DNA from: Ranitomeya imitator
Taxonomy: Eukaryota
Direction: 5' to 3'
NCBI RefSeq assembly: GCF_032444005.1
Contig: NC_091284.1
Coordinates: forward strand, 307,768,001 to 307,832,000
Length of the DNA stretch: 64,000 nucleotides
Below the pieces are notes generated by a model that saw only the letters and a program-made list of their open reading frames with translations, made no database searches and was not told where the DNA came from. This document shows positions 12,856-23,776 of the stretch, one piece after another (the stretch's first letter is position 1; every line of letters begins with the position of its first letter). Made by a program: the position numbers and the translations under genes.

Positions 12856-15800
12856 ATCCCCCCTTAGATATCACTTGCCCTAATCCTATCCTCCTGTCCC
12901 AAAGCGCTGCAACTCTTTTGTGCTGCCGGTGAACTAACGCATGCCTAGCGCACACGCCCCACTCCGTACAGACTTTTCGCAAATTGGCGGTCAGGAGATC
13001 TGTCCCTAAGGGGGGGTTCGTTGCAATCAGTCCCTTAGTCAACAGCATGTGTAGTGAGCAGTGGGTATTCTTTATCAGGTAGGTCATCCACAACATCATT
13101 CTGGCTTGGGTGTCATCCTCTAGTAGGAGAGCTTTCTTGCAATGTGATGAGTGGATCCAAGTGGGTCTTCCCTCCAGCTTCACAGAGGTTGGTGTCATCA
13201 GCGGCACTTGGACAGGACCATCAAATCTGGGATCGAGTGGTGTTCTCCTTACAAACTTTTTTCACCAACACCCAGTCTCCTGGCTTCAAGGAGTGCGTAC
13301 CGGACTCTGAATCTGGATCTGGCAATGAAGAAAAAAACTCGAGAATGGATGTTAGCAGGTTTCTTGGTGAGTTGAAATACCTAAGCAGACAAAATATCAT
13401 ATTGCATTGCCAACTGCTGGGGGAAGAATACTCCTAACCTGGGGCTGGACCCAAACAGAATCTCATGTGGTGACAGCTTTTCTGGGCCCCACGGAGTGTG
13501 CCTTACACTAAACAGTGCGATTGGGAGTGTTTTAGGCAATGGTTGGCGTGTCTCTTGGGCAACTTTCAACATCCTGTTCTTAAGTGTCCCATTCAGTCTT
13601 TCTACTTTCCCGCTACTCTGAGGGTGGTAGGGAGTGTGTAGGCCTAAGTCTGACCCTACTGCTGACCAGATCTCCCTGGTGAGGTTTGCTGTGAATGCGG
13701 GTCCCTGGTCACTTTCTATCACTTCTGGGACCCCGTATCTGCACACGATCTCTGAGAGTAGCTTCTTTGCAGTAGTCTTTACTGACTGATTCCTCACTGG
13801 GAAAGCTTCTGGCCATCCTGAAAACACGTCCACAAGGGCATATTCGAATCCTCCACTTGGCGGCATCTAGATGTGGTCTATCTGGATCCTCTGGAAGGGG
13901 TACAGTGGTCTGGCAAGATGATGTGTGGGAACTTTTTCTTCTAGGGTTGCATTTGCCGCAGGTCAAACAGCTGCTTGTGAATTTGGCTGTTAGGGTGGAG
14001 ATCCCTGGAGCGAACCAGTAAGCACCGATCAGATCATTCATCTGTGTCTTTGATCTGTGCGTGGGCCCATGTGCCCACTGGACCACCATAGGGTACATGC
14101 TTCGGGGTAAACAGGGATTGTAGTCCATTGCGTATACCCTTCCTTCTTGATGTGTTGCACCCTTCCACATCCAACTTTTCATTCTCCTCCTCTGGAGCTT
14201 GCTCCTGCAAATTCTTAAACAGATCCAAATACGTCATCTTGTCTGGTGTCTTGTCTTCCTTTGGCTGCTTCTTTGGCTGCCATATCCGCCATGTTGTTAC
14301 CCCGTGCCTCTATTGTGTTCAGTTTTCCATGTGCTTTGACTTTCAGTACTGCCACCATTTTTGAAAGTTGAAGTGCGCTCAGCAGGTCCTTAATGGCTCC
14401 ATGATGCTTCACGGTTGTTCCGCTTGCTGTGATGAAGTCCCTTGCATCCCCAATAGGTCCAAAATCGTGTGCTATGCCATTCGAGTACCTTGAATCGGTG
14501 TATATATTCGCAATTTTGCCTTCTGCAATCTGGCAGGCCTTTGTCAGCGCTGTCAGTTCTGCTTCCTGGGCTGACAGGCTAGGCGGCAGACTTCTGGACC
14601 ACAGGTTTTCTTGATTGCTGGCCACTTGCACATCCCGTGTGGAATCTTCCTTCATCATCTGCAAATCTGGAGCCATCTACGAAGAGGATCAACTCTGGGT
14701 TGGCCAGTGGCTCTTCTGCCACATTGGGTAGTCCTGCTGTTTCCTGTTGCATGTTGCTGAAGCAAACATGGTCATCCGTCTGGAGCAAATCCAGATCCTT
14801 GTGGAAGGTATCGTGCAGACTTTGATCTGGAGGGTCCATATCCGTATCCCCCTTGGGAGTGGGAGTAGAGTGGCCGGATTGCATCTGGAGATGGTGACAT
14901 TGTCAGGCAGTAGTAGGGAGCACTGCAGGCGAAGATGTCTTGCGGTGGAGAGATGTTTTGGCTGGGTTTGGTTGAGAATTGCTGAGATGTAATGTGGAGC
15001 CAGGATTTCCAGTGGATGTCCAAGAATGATGTCAGCAGTCTTGTCCAGGAGGGCGTGTGCTGCAAATACTGCTCTCATGCAGGAGGGGGCTCCCCTTACA
15101 ACTGGATCCAGGTGAGCTGAAAATAGCCTCGAGGTCTCTGTCTTCCCCCGTGAATCTGCGTCAGGACTCCGGTAGCATGACCTTCTTTCTCCATCAGGAA
15201 GAAACAAAATGGCTTCTCGTAGTCAGGCAGGCCCAGTGCTGGCGCTGAGACTACAGAGTCTTTTAACTTCTTGAACGAACTGAAGGCCACATCTGTCAGC
15301 AGGAACGGGGTTGCATTAAGGCAGTCATACAGAGGCTGCATCAGGACTGAGGCATCGGGGATCCCGAAACTAGACCAAGGAAGGCCTGTAGCGCCTTTGG
15401 AGTTGTTGGAGGAGCCATCTTCTCCACTGTGGTCTTCCAGTCATCTGTCAGGTGTTTCGTCTGGTGAGCAATGCAGTGCCCAAGGAACGTAACTCGCTTC
15501 AGACACCACTGGACTTTGTTCTTTGAGACCTTGCAGCGCTGCTCCACCAGGTAGAGTAGGAGAAACAGGGAATGTGCTTTACATGTGTCAAAGTCAACTG
15601 CACAAAGGAGCAGGTCGTCCACGTATTGTAGTAGGGTCACTATTGCATGTTCTGTGATCCAGTTGGCGAGGACTGTGGACATTGCTTTGGTGAATTGTGA
15701 GGGGCTTTTCTGGGCCCCCTGGGGCATCACCGCCCATGTGTACTGTGTCCCTTGATGTGTGAAGGCAAACAGGAACTGGTCGTCCGGATGGAGGGGAACA

Positions 15801-17970
15801 CTGAAGAAAGCATTGGCCAGGTCGATCACCGTGAACACTTGCTGTGGAAGGCACATTTGAGAGCAAGGTGTGCGGAATCGGCACAATTGGGGTTTCAAAT
15901 ACTGTAGTGTCATTCACAGCTCTTAGGTCATGTACCATTCTGAACTTGGCTGGCTCTCCTTTTGCAGTCATTTTCTTGACAGGGAAGAGTGGGGTATTGC
16001 AAGGAGACATGCAGGGGATGACTACCCCTATTTCCAGGAACACCTTCAATTGGTCTGAGATGGCTTGACTCTGGGCGATGGACAAGGGCCAGTATGGGTC
16101 ATAAGGCCAGTATGGGCCTTACGAGGATATAGAGTGTTGTGAATTCTGTGGTCAAGCTCCCTCCTGTGGTCATGAGTGGTACTTCGGCTGGTTCTGTCTA
16201 TGAGCTTCCTCTGGTGGATGTAAGTGGGGCTGCGGCTTCTGAGTTCCCTTCCTCAGGTGACGAGGTTAAGTCGTTAGGTGCTGCTCTATTTAACTCCACC
16301 TAGTTCTTTGTTCCTGGCCTCCAGACAATGTTCCAGTATTGGTCTTGCTCTCTCTCCTGGATCGTTCTTGTGGCCTGTCTGCCCTGCATAAGCCTAGTTC
16401 TGCTTGTGTTACTTTTGTTTGCTATTTTTTCTGTCCAGCTTGCTATATTGGTTTGTCTTGCTTGCTGGAAGCTCTGGGACGCAGAGGGAGCACCTCCGTG
16501 CCGTTAGTCGGTGCGGAGGGTCTTTTTGCGCCCTCTGCGTGGTTGTTTGTAGGTTTTTGTGCTGGCCGCAAAGCTATCTTTCCTATCCTCGGTCTATTCA
16601 GTAAGTCGGGCCTCACTTTGCTAAAATCTATTTCATCTCTGTGTTTGTATTTTCATCTTTACTCACAGTCATTATATGTGGGGGGCTGCCTTTTCCTTTG
16701 GGGAATTTCTCTGAGGCAAGGTAGGCTTATTTTTCTATCTTCAGGGCTAGCTAGTTTCTCAGGCTGTGCCCGAGGCGCCTAGGTCTGGTCAGGAGCGCTC
16801 CACGGCTACCTCTAGTGTGGTGTGATAGGATTAGGGATTGCGGTCAGCAGAGTTCCCACGTCTCAGAGCTCGTCCTATGTTATTAGTAACTATCAGGTCA
16901 CTTTGTGTGCTCTTAACCACCAGGTCCATTGTGTTTCTGAATCACCAGTTCATAACAATAGAGTGCCTGGCTTTAGTGATACCCGCACTGGGGCAACTTG
17001 AAGTTTTCCCACGTCTTGGGGTCCCTTAGACCATAGACTTTCTGGTACTACGTCCAGTACCTCCTTTGGTAGGCCTCCATCGGTTGTTTGAGGTTCCTGT
17101 AGGGCCGCCAGCATGACTCACTCTTCCTTGGTCAGAGGTGAAGAAAGGGTCACGGTCCCATCTTCCTGGAACACTATGGTTGCCTTTAGTTTTTGTACTA
17201 GGTCTGCCCCCAGTAGGTTGAGTGGGCAGGTTCTTGACACCACAAACTGGGACAGGATAGAGTGTCCTGGCTGAGTGCACACGCTCAGTGGCTTTGTAAG
17301 CTGAGAATGTCTGACTTGACCATCAATGCCTACGCAAGACACAGAGGATTCTGATAGGCAGGTAGGGTCATGGAGTTCCACATGTCTCATCACACTTCTG
17401 GCTGCACCAGTGTCCACAAGAAAAGACCTGACAACGTCATCCACTTTCAGGGTAATTTGGGGAATTGGTCCTGCAGATGGGGTTTTGCATGTCAGGAGCG
17501 TGGTGCCTTGCGGACCTGGCTTGCCCCTGTCCTATGGGCGGGGTGTTTCACTGTTTACTTTGTCTGCTCCTTGGTCTGCTCCTCTGGGCAGGGTCTTGGG
17601 TTGTGGTGGAGCTCTGCACCGACTCTGGTAATGACCCAATTTGCCGCAGTTGAAACATCTGACATTTCTTCTGTCTCTGTATTGCGGTGGCTCTTCCGAG
17701 TCTATGGCCACCATGAGGGGGGCCGTCTTCCGCACTCCTGGCTGAGACTCAATCCCCTTGGCCACTGTGAGCAGGGTGTCCATTGCTATCGACCTGTACT
17801 CGGGTCTAGCCACTATCAATGCTTCCTGATTGGCTCTCTGAGTCCATGCACAAAGGCCTGTGCCAACATCTGCCTGTGTATCTGGTCATGAATGGTGAAG
17901 CCCAGGTCCTGGAGAACCTGCATTACTCTGCCATGAAACTTCTCCACAGACTGTCTTCTCCTGACTCATG
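12856..17970 (-). mobile_element. Class I (gamma/epsilon-like) endogenous retrovirus, 5'-truncated gag-pro-pol pseudogene, no env
   Basis: Gag CCHC knuckle CFNCGKLGHYQSRC; TAG then in-frame ITLKV...FLVDTGA protease; RT with MPQG and LLQYVDDLLL; RNase H FVDGS / SAQEAEL / IYTDSRY; integrase PYHPQSSGKVERLNGTLK and a GP(Y/F)-like C-terminus; multiple frameshifts. Confidence 0.92.
16135..16957. mobile_element. Solo LTR (823 bp) of an unrelated LTR retroelement inserted in the ERV pol
   Basis: TGTTGTG...CATAACA with ATAGAG immediately on both sides; ERV pol frame resumes across it. Confidence 0.9.
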
Positions 17971-20900
17971 TCATGTAAGCTGAAGGCATAATAGACTAAT
18001 ACAGAGCATGTTGATTAGTTTTTCATGGCGTATACATCAACATTTTTATTGTAGTTTTTTAGGGCACAAACAGTGCCATTAGATAATTACTTTAAATTCT
18101 GTGTTCACACGTGGCATTTTTGCAAAGGATTTTTCTTTTTAATTATGTTTTTTTTCTACAGAAAAAATGCTGCTTTTTAGGGTAAGTTCACACTAGGCGG
18201 TTTTTCAACATTTTTTTTTACTGCAGCAAAACCTGATCTCTTGGCAGGAAAGAAACTTTTTTGTGTATTTTTTGTTGCAGTGTTGGCATGCAAAAGGCCA
18301 CGTTCAGACATCCAATTTTCACTTATGTGTTCTATGTGTGGTTATCATGGATAGAAAATGTACCCACTAAAAACTATGGTACTGTTTAAAAAAAGAAACA
18401 AGACATCTCTTTGTTTGATTGGAGTCATAGATTAAAATTACGAGCCGCAGCATGTCAATTTCCGTTGCAGAGACACTAGTCTCCCCAACAGAAATTTCCA
18501 CAATAGAATGTGTTGGATGCGGTAAATCAGCATGGTTAAGTTCACATGCGGATTTACCTGCGTGAGAAGAACGCAGTATTTTGGACGCAGTGAAAATATA
18601 CAGCATCCAAAACGCTGCTACTTCCTCAAGGTGGGCACCCGGCCTAACAGATATGAAAAAAAAAAATAAAGTGAAATATTTTCCTATGAAAAAAAATTAC
18701 TGACAAATAAATAATGGTAAAAACTGACACACTGACCACACAACAATGAAACTCAGATCCAAGAAAAGTCACTGACATCTGAAGGAGGCATAAGTCTGAT
18801 TTAAGATGGCTGTAATGTTGTCTCATGGTGGGCAGCAATACCTGGCCCTTAACAAGCTTATAGCCTGCAGCTCAGTTTCAGTGAACCAATGGTGGCAATT
18901 CCCTTTGTGGTTGCTAAAAGGAGAAAGACATTTTTTCAAAAGCAATCTGTAACTACTTCAATGGGAAGTGATAAGTAACATTGATTTATCATTTACATTT
19001 ATATTGATGTACGTTTCCCTGTAACACATAGTATAAGCTAATGAATAAATACATCTGTAGCTTACAATAAGTACATAACAATAGAGCAGAATGATTTACT
19101 GTGTATCTTCATATGTGCAGTATAATGAACACTAGGGCTTCTCTGGAAAGCTGCTGGGCCACAGAGCTGCTGCTTGATTGAAGTCATTGTTTATGAGCAT
19201 GTTGTTAAGCTGTTTGAGGAATTTGCCAGACTGCCTCCACATGGAGCTTCAAACTTGTGAACTTTTCATGGAATCTGCTGTTAATATCTGTGTGGGAAGG
19301 TAAACTGGCTTACGGAAAGTAAAATGAATTAGGTGTCCTGTTTGTTTTATTTTTAGTGTTATTTACAGTGTATAACTGGGATTGTTTCTCCTTATAAAGA
19401 GTGCCAAGGTGACGTAAGGAGACTTATAGGCCATGCAATGCTCCTCTGGGAATTCAAATATACAAACTGCCTCTTCAGAGAACATGAGGACTTGAACTCT
19501 AGCAACACCTAATGGATATAACAATCCTAAAAATCAGTTTTGAGCCTTTAATGAGCCTTGTAACATGACAGGATAAAAGTCTAACCAAAATCTCGATATT
19601 GAGTTTCGGTTGTTTGTCCTTCCTCAGTGCAGGGCAGGAGATCTGGTTTGGTTGGGTGAGAGGCCCCAGACAAGGGTGTGCAAAGGTGAACGATTCTTCT
19701 TGTGGAAAAGTGAACCGAGCCAGGGTAATCCTCCTCTTGAAATATGAAAATAGTGTATAGCAATGCTGTTCAGTATAGAGGTTATGTAGATTTACCTACA
19801 TACACGTGTTGATTTACCTCATGTCCACTGTGGTTCTCACTGATGACATTTCCTGTAATACATACCTGCACTCAGGCTAAGTTAATAATCCTTTAAATGT
19901 TGGAGTGTGAGAGAGAACTGACCCATATGTTTTATGTCATACCTAGGTTGGGTTTGAGCCTAATGCCATGAAGCGTAGAAATGTCCTTTAGTGACATACA
20001 AGGAGTGTTCCAGGTCAGGCCTTTATACACAAGGAGCAGTATTGTTATATGATGTCCCCAGTGTAATTACATCAGTTAGATCATAGCTCAGAAGGAATTA
20101 AAGAACCAGCTAGAGGCAGACAAAACAAGTGGTATAACCATGGCGGGAAGCGCTTACAATGGCTTGGCAACGTGAACAAGTGTGGACAAGTAGGACGAAA
20201 TACATCTATCTCAACTGACAGCTCTTAGGGGAGAGTGGGGAACAAGAAGGTTGACGTAGGAAGTTGGGAAGGGTGTTTTATAGTCCTAGGCAGTCTGATG
20301 GTAAAATAGTACATGATAGGTATATTGGCTGTCTCTGGATGAATTCTGTATTAATACTGTGGAATGTGTAGGAGGCTTAGATGTTTGCGGTAGCATTCCT
20401 CACATAGGGTGCTGCTAGGCTAGTCTTGTAGCATGACAAACATGCTTAGGAGAAAATAGAAAGGTGAAATTCATTATTTGAACAATAGGTGGTTTAGCAA
20501 ATACTTAGGTATTTACAGGCTTTGACTGATGTGACTTACATGGAGAATGAGTATTGTGCGCTGACTGCTCTCAGGGAATGTTCTTCATTTGTATGATGAC
20601 GTGTACAGTATTGAACATGGTTAGAGATGTCTGTTTTACCTGCTGTATGGATATGCTGTATGTTGCTTATGTTTTCACCGGAGAAAAATATTTTAACTCC
20701 ACTACATGGCTTGTGATGCCTTCACAATAACGCCAGCCACCTAATTTACACAAACACATCCACTGCTATGTAGTAGGTGTCTTGATTTTTTTTAGCAGGG
20801 TCCTAGCAATGGAGAAGAGGGGACACTTGGGAGAGCATCAAGTGTGTTAGGGTATGTGCACATGTTACAGTATTACAAATACTGGCGTGTTGGCAGGAAA

Positions 20901-21039
20901 AACGCTGGGTAAAATACACTTTTGATGCATTTTATGATGTGTATTTTCCACATTCATTTGAATAGGTGAAAAATGCTGTAAAAATTCAAAAGAAATTGAC
21001 ATGCTGCCGGTTTGAAATTGCACATGCTACAAAGAAAAA

Positions 21040-21545
21040 ATGAGAGCAAAAATTCCAGTTGCATACTGAATGCAAGGGTGGTGACACTAATAGCGGCCCA
21101 CCCTATAGAGGGCAACACAAACTCCAAAGAACATGAGATTAGTAGGAGAATAAGGAGTAACAGGTGAATACAATAAAAGCATACGTTTTTATTACAAAAG
21201 CATTACTAAGAACTGATAACAAGATAAAAGTGACGTAATACAAAGACAAACAGATATAACAGGGACACCCATCACATATAGAAGAGAAATAGAACATTAT
21301 CTGTGCTAAATAGCAATGCATAGAAAGTGCAAGTATAGCAGGTACTATATACTGGTAATGTCAGTCCCCAGGTATCCGCACAGGAGGCAAAAGCCAAAGT
21401 GCAAATTAACACATTTGTATAAGCCAGTAGTATCAGGGGGCGGAGCTTACCAGAAGTGAAGAGGTGACCCTGAGCCGGATGGCAGGAACCCAACGTATGT
21501 TTCTCGTGCTCCAGACACTGCTTTCTCAAGGGGATACAGTGATGT
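21040..21545 (-). mobile_element. Penelope-like terminal repeat remnant with a degenerate hammerhead motif
   Basis: Minus strand TTGAGAA...GAAACATACGTT followed ~290 nt later by AATAAA; no ORF. Confidence 0.55.
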
Positions 21546-21569
21546 GTACAAGGACCTTAAAATAGCCCA

Positions 21570-22250
21570 GATAACTGGTCACAAGGTCTCTCTGGAACAA
21601 TGGCAATCGTGCCCGCGGCAGGTCCTGGCTGATACAGTGCAGTCACAAGGTCACAATGGACCAATAGAAGCGGACCAATGGTAATCGTGCGCCCGGCAGG
21701 TCCTGGCTGATACAGTGCAGTCACAAGCTCACAATGGACCAATAGAAGCAGATACAATGCCGTCACAATGGACCAATAGAAGCAGACCAATGGTAATCGT
21801 ACGCACGGCAGGTCCCGGCAGATACAGTGCATCCAAAGAATAGGAAGAACAGCGCTCCAAACGGGTGTTGTTATGTAGTAGAAAAAGTCTTTATTCCAGC
21901 CATGAAAAGATAGCAACGTTTCGGCCGCACATCCGGCCTTTTTCAAGCATGCGGCCGAAACGTTGCTATCTTTTCATGGCTGGAATAAAGACTTTTTCTA
22001 CTACATAACAACACCCGTTTGGAGCGCTGTTCTTCCTATTCTTTGGATGTGCGTCTTTCCAGGAGGGTTCCCTGGACTTAGAACGAGCGCCCTAAAGAGT
22101 GCGTGCTGTTGGTCACCTGTATGCTATATAGGCAGATACAGTGCAGTCACAAAGTCACAGTGGACCAATAGAAGCAGACCAATGGTAATCGTGCGCGTGG
22201 CAGGTCCTAGCAGATACAGTGCAGTCACAAGGTCACAATGGACCAATAGA
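21570..22250. repeat. ~70-bp minisatellite (GATACAGTGCAGTCACAAGGTCACAATGGACCAATAGAAGC...) interrupted by a Penelope-like insert
   Basis: Units present on both sides of 21831-22130. Confidence 0.85.
21831..22130. mobile_element. Short Penelope-like insertion with inverted terminal-repeat structure
   Basis: Perfect 100-bp inverted arms 21830-21929 / 21950-22049, hammerhead-like core and AATAAA; 14-bp flanking duplication GGCAGATACAGTGC. Confidence 0.75.
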
Positions 22251-22521
22251 AAAAGAAAAAATAAACAGAATGTATGAGAGTTCAAAAATATCATTCATTT
22301 TGTTGGTACAGTAAAATGCTGCCTTTTTAAAGTTTTAGTAAAAACAAGGCAAAAATTCAATGTGTGAACATTACCTTAGTGAGGAAGTTGATGGCTAACT
22401 ATAAACACAGCAATAAAGTTGATTTTTGCCTCCTTTGGATGTTCTTAATTGGAAGAATAAATCCTAGGAAAAGTTCCCAGAATTTGTTTACTTATAGAGA
22501 TCTTGGGTATTACATTTGTTA

Positions 22522-23246
22522 AGGTACCTTCACACTGAGCGAAGCTGCAGCGATACCGACAACGATGTCGATCGCTGCAGCGTCGCTGTGTTGTCGCTGG
22601 AGAGCTGTCACACAGACAGCTCTCCAGTGACCAACGATCCCGAGGTCCCTGGTAACCAGGGTAAACATCGGGTTACTAAGCGCATGGCCGCGCTTAGTAA
22701 CCCGATGTTTACCATGGTTACCAGCGTAAACGTTAAAAAACCAAACACTACATACTTACCTTCAGCTGTCTGTCCTCCGGCGCTCTGCTTTCCTCTGCAC
22801 TGTCAGCGCCGGTCAGCCGGAAAGCAGAGCGGTGACGTCACCGCTGTGCTTTCCGGCTGGCCGGCGCTGACACAGGATGCAGGAGGAGTGCAGAGAAGCA
22901 GAGCGCCGGGGACAGACAGCTGAAGGTAAGTATGTAGTGTTTGTTTTTTTAACGTTTACACTGGTAACCAGGGTAAACATCGCGGCCCTGCGCTTAGTAA
23001 CTCGATGTTTACCCTGGTTACCAGTGAAGACATCGCTGGATCGGCGTCACACACGCCGATCCAGCGATGTCAGCGGGAGATCCAGCGACGAAATAAAGTT
23101 CTGGACTTTCCTCAGCGACCAACGATCTCCCAGCAGGGGCCTGATCGTTGGTCGCTGTCACACATAACGATTTCCTTAACGATATCGTTGCTACGTCACA
23201 AAAAGCAACGATATCGTTAACGATATCGTTATGTGTGACGGTACCT
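22522..23246. mobile_element. PIF/Harbinger-type MITE family B, inverted relative to the 6990 copy
   Basis: TIR AGGTACC(T/G)TCACAC; TSD TTA on both sides. Confidence 0.9.
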
Positions 23247-23776
23247 TTAGGAGGGCTGCATTCCCATTCTGGTAGCATAACCTAAGATCATCAATGTATA
23301 TACGTTACCATACGATGTAGCTGCTTCACAAATAAAATTCACACACATTGTTGTCAAAAGGAGAAAAGAATTCCCTGTGTGAACTCAGACCGACTGACAT
23401 TGTGGAAATGAGTCTTGTTAGAATACGTAGAAAGAGTGATGCAAGAAAGAAAAGATTTCTTAAAAGTCTGCTGCAGTGGAGACTGTGTGTCCTTGGCACA
23501 GTTTGACTAGTCACTGTTCTTCTGCCATCTGCAAGTAGCCGGAAAATGATGACCGGATTGTTTCGGCTGGTTCACATGGAAAGGAAGTGATTCTTTCTGT
23601 TATGTTCAATTGGCATGAATAGACTGAGACATGGCAAAGGGTAAATCATTCCTCATCATACTTAAGTGGTTAATCTTAACCAATACGTTTGACTTTTAGT
23701 AATGTTATATTTAATTACATTATTTTACAGTTATATATTCTTATACTCCTATACAAAAGCTATAGCTGTAGACTAA

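Noticed and set aside
12856-17970. Ty3/Gypsy classification of the large retroelement
   Set aside because: YVDD RT context, retroviral RNase H motifs, amber gag-pol junction and MLV-like protease start indicate a class I retrovirus
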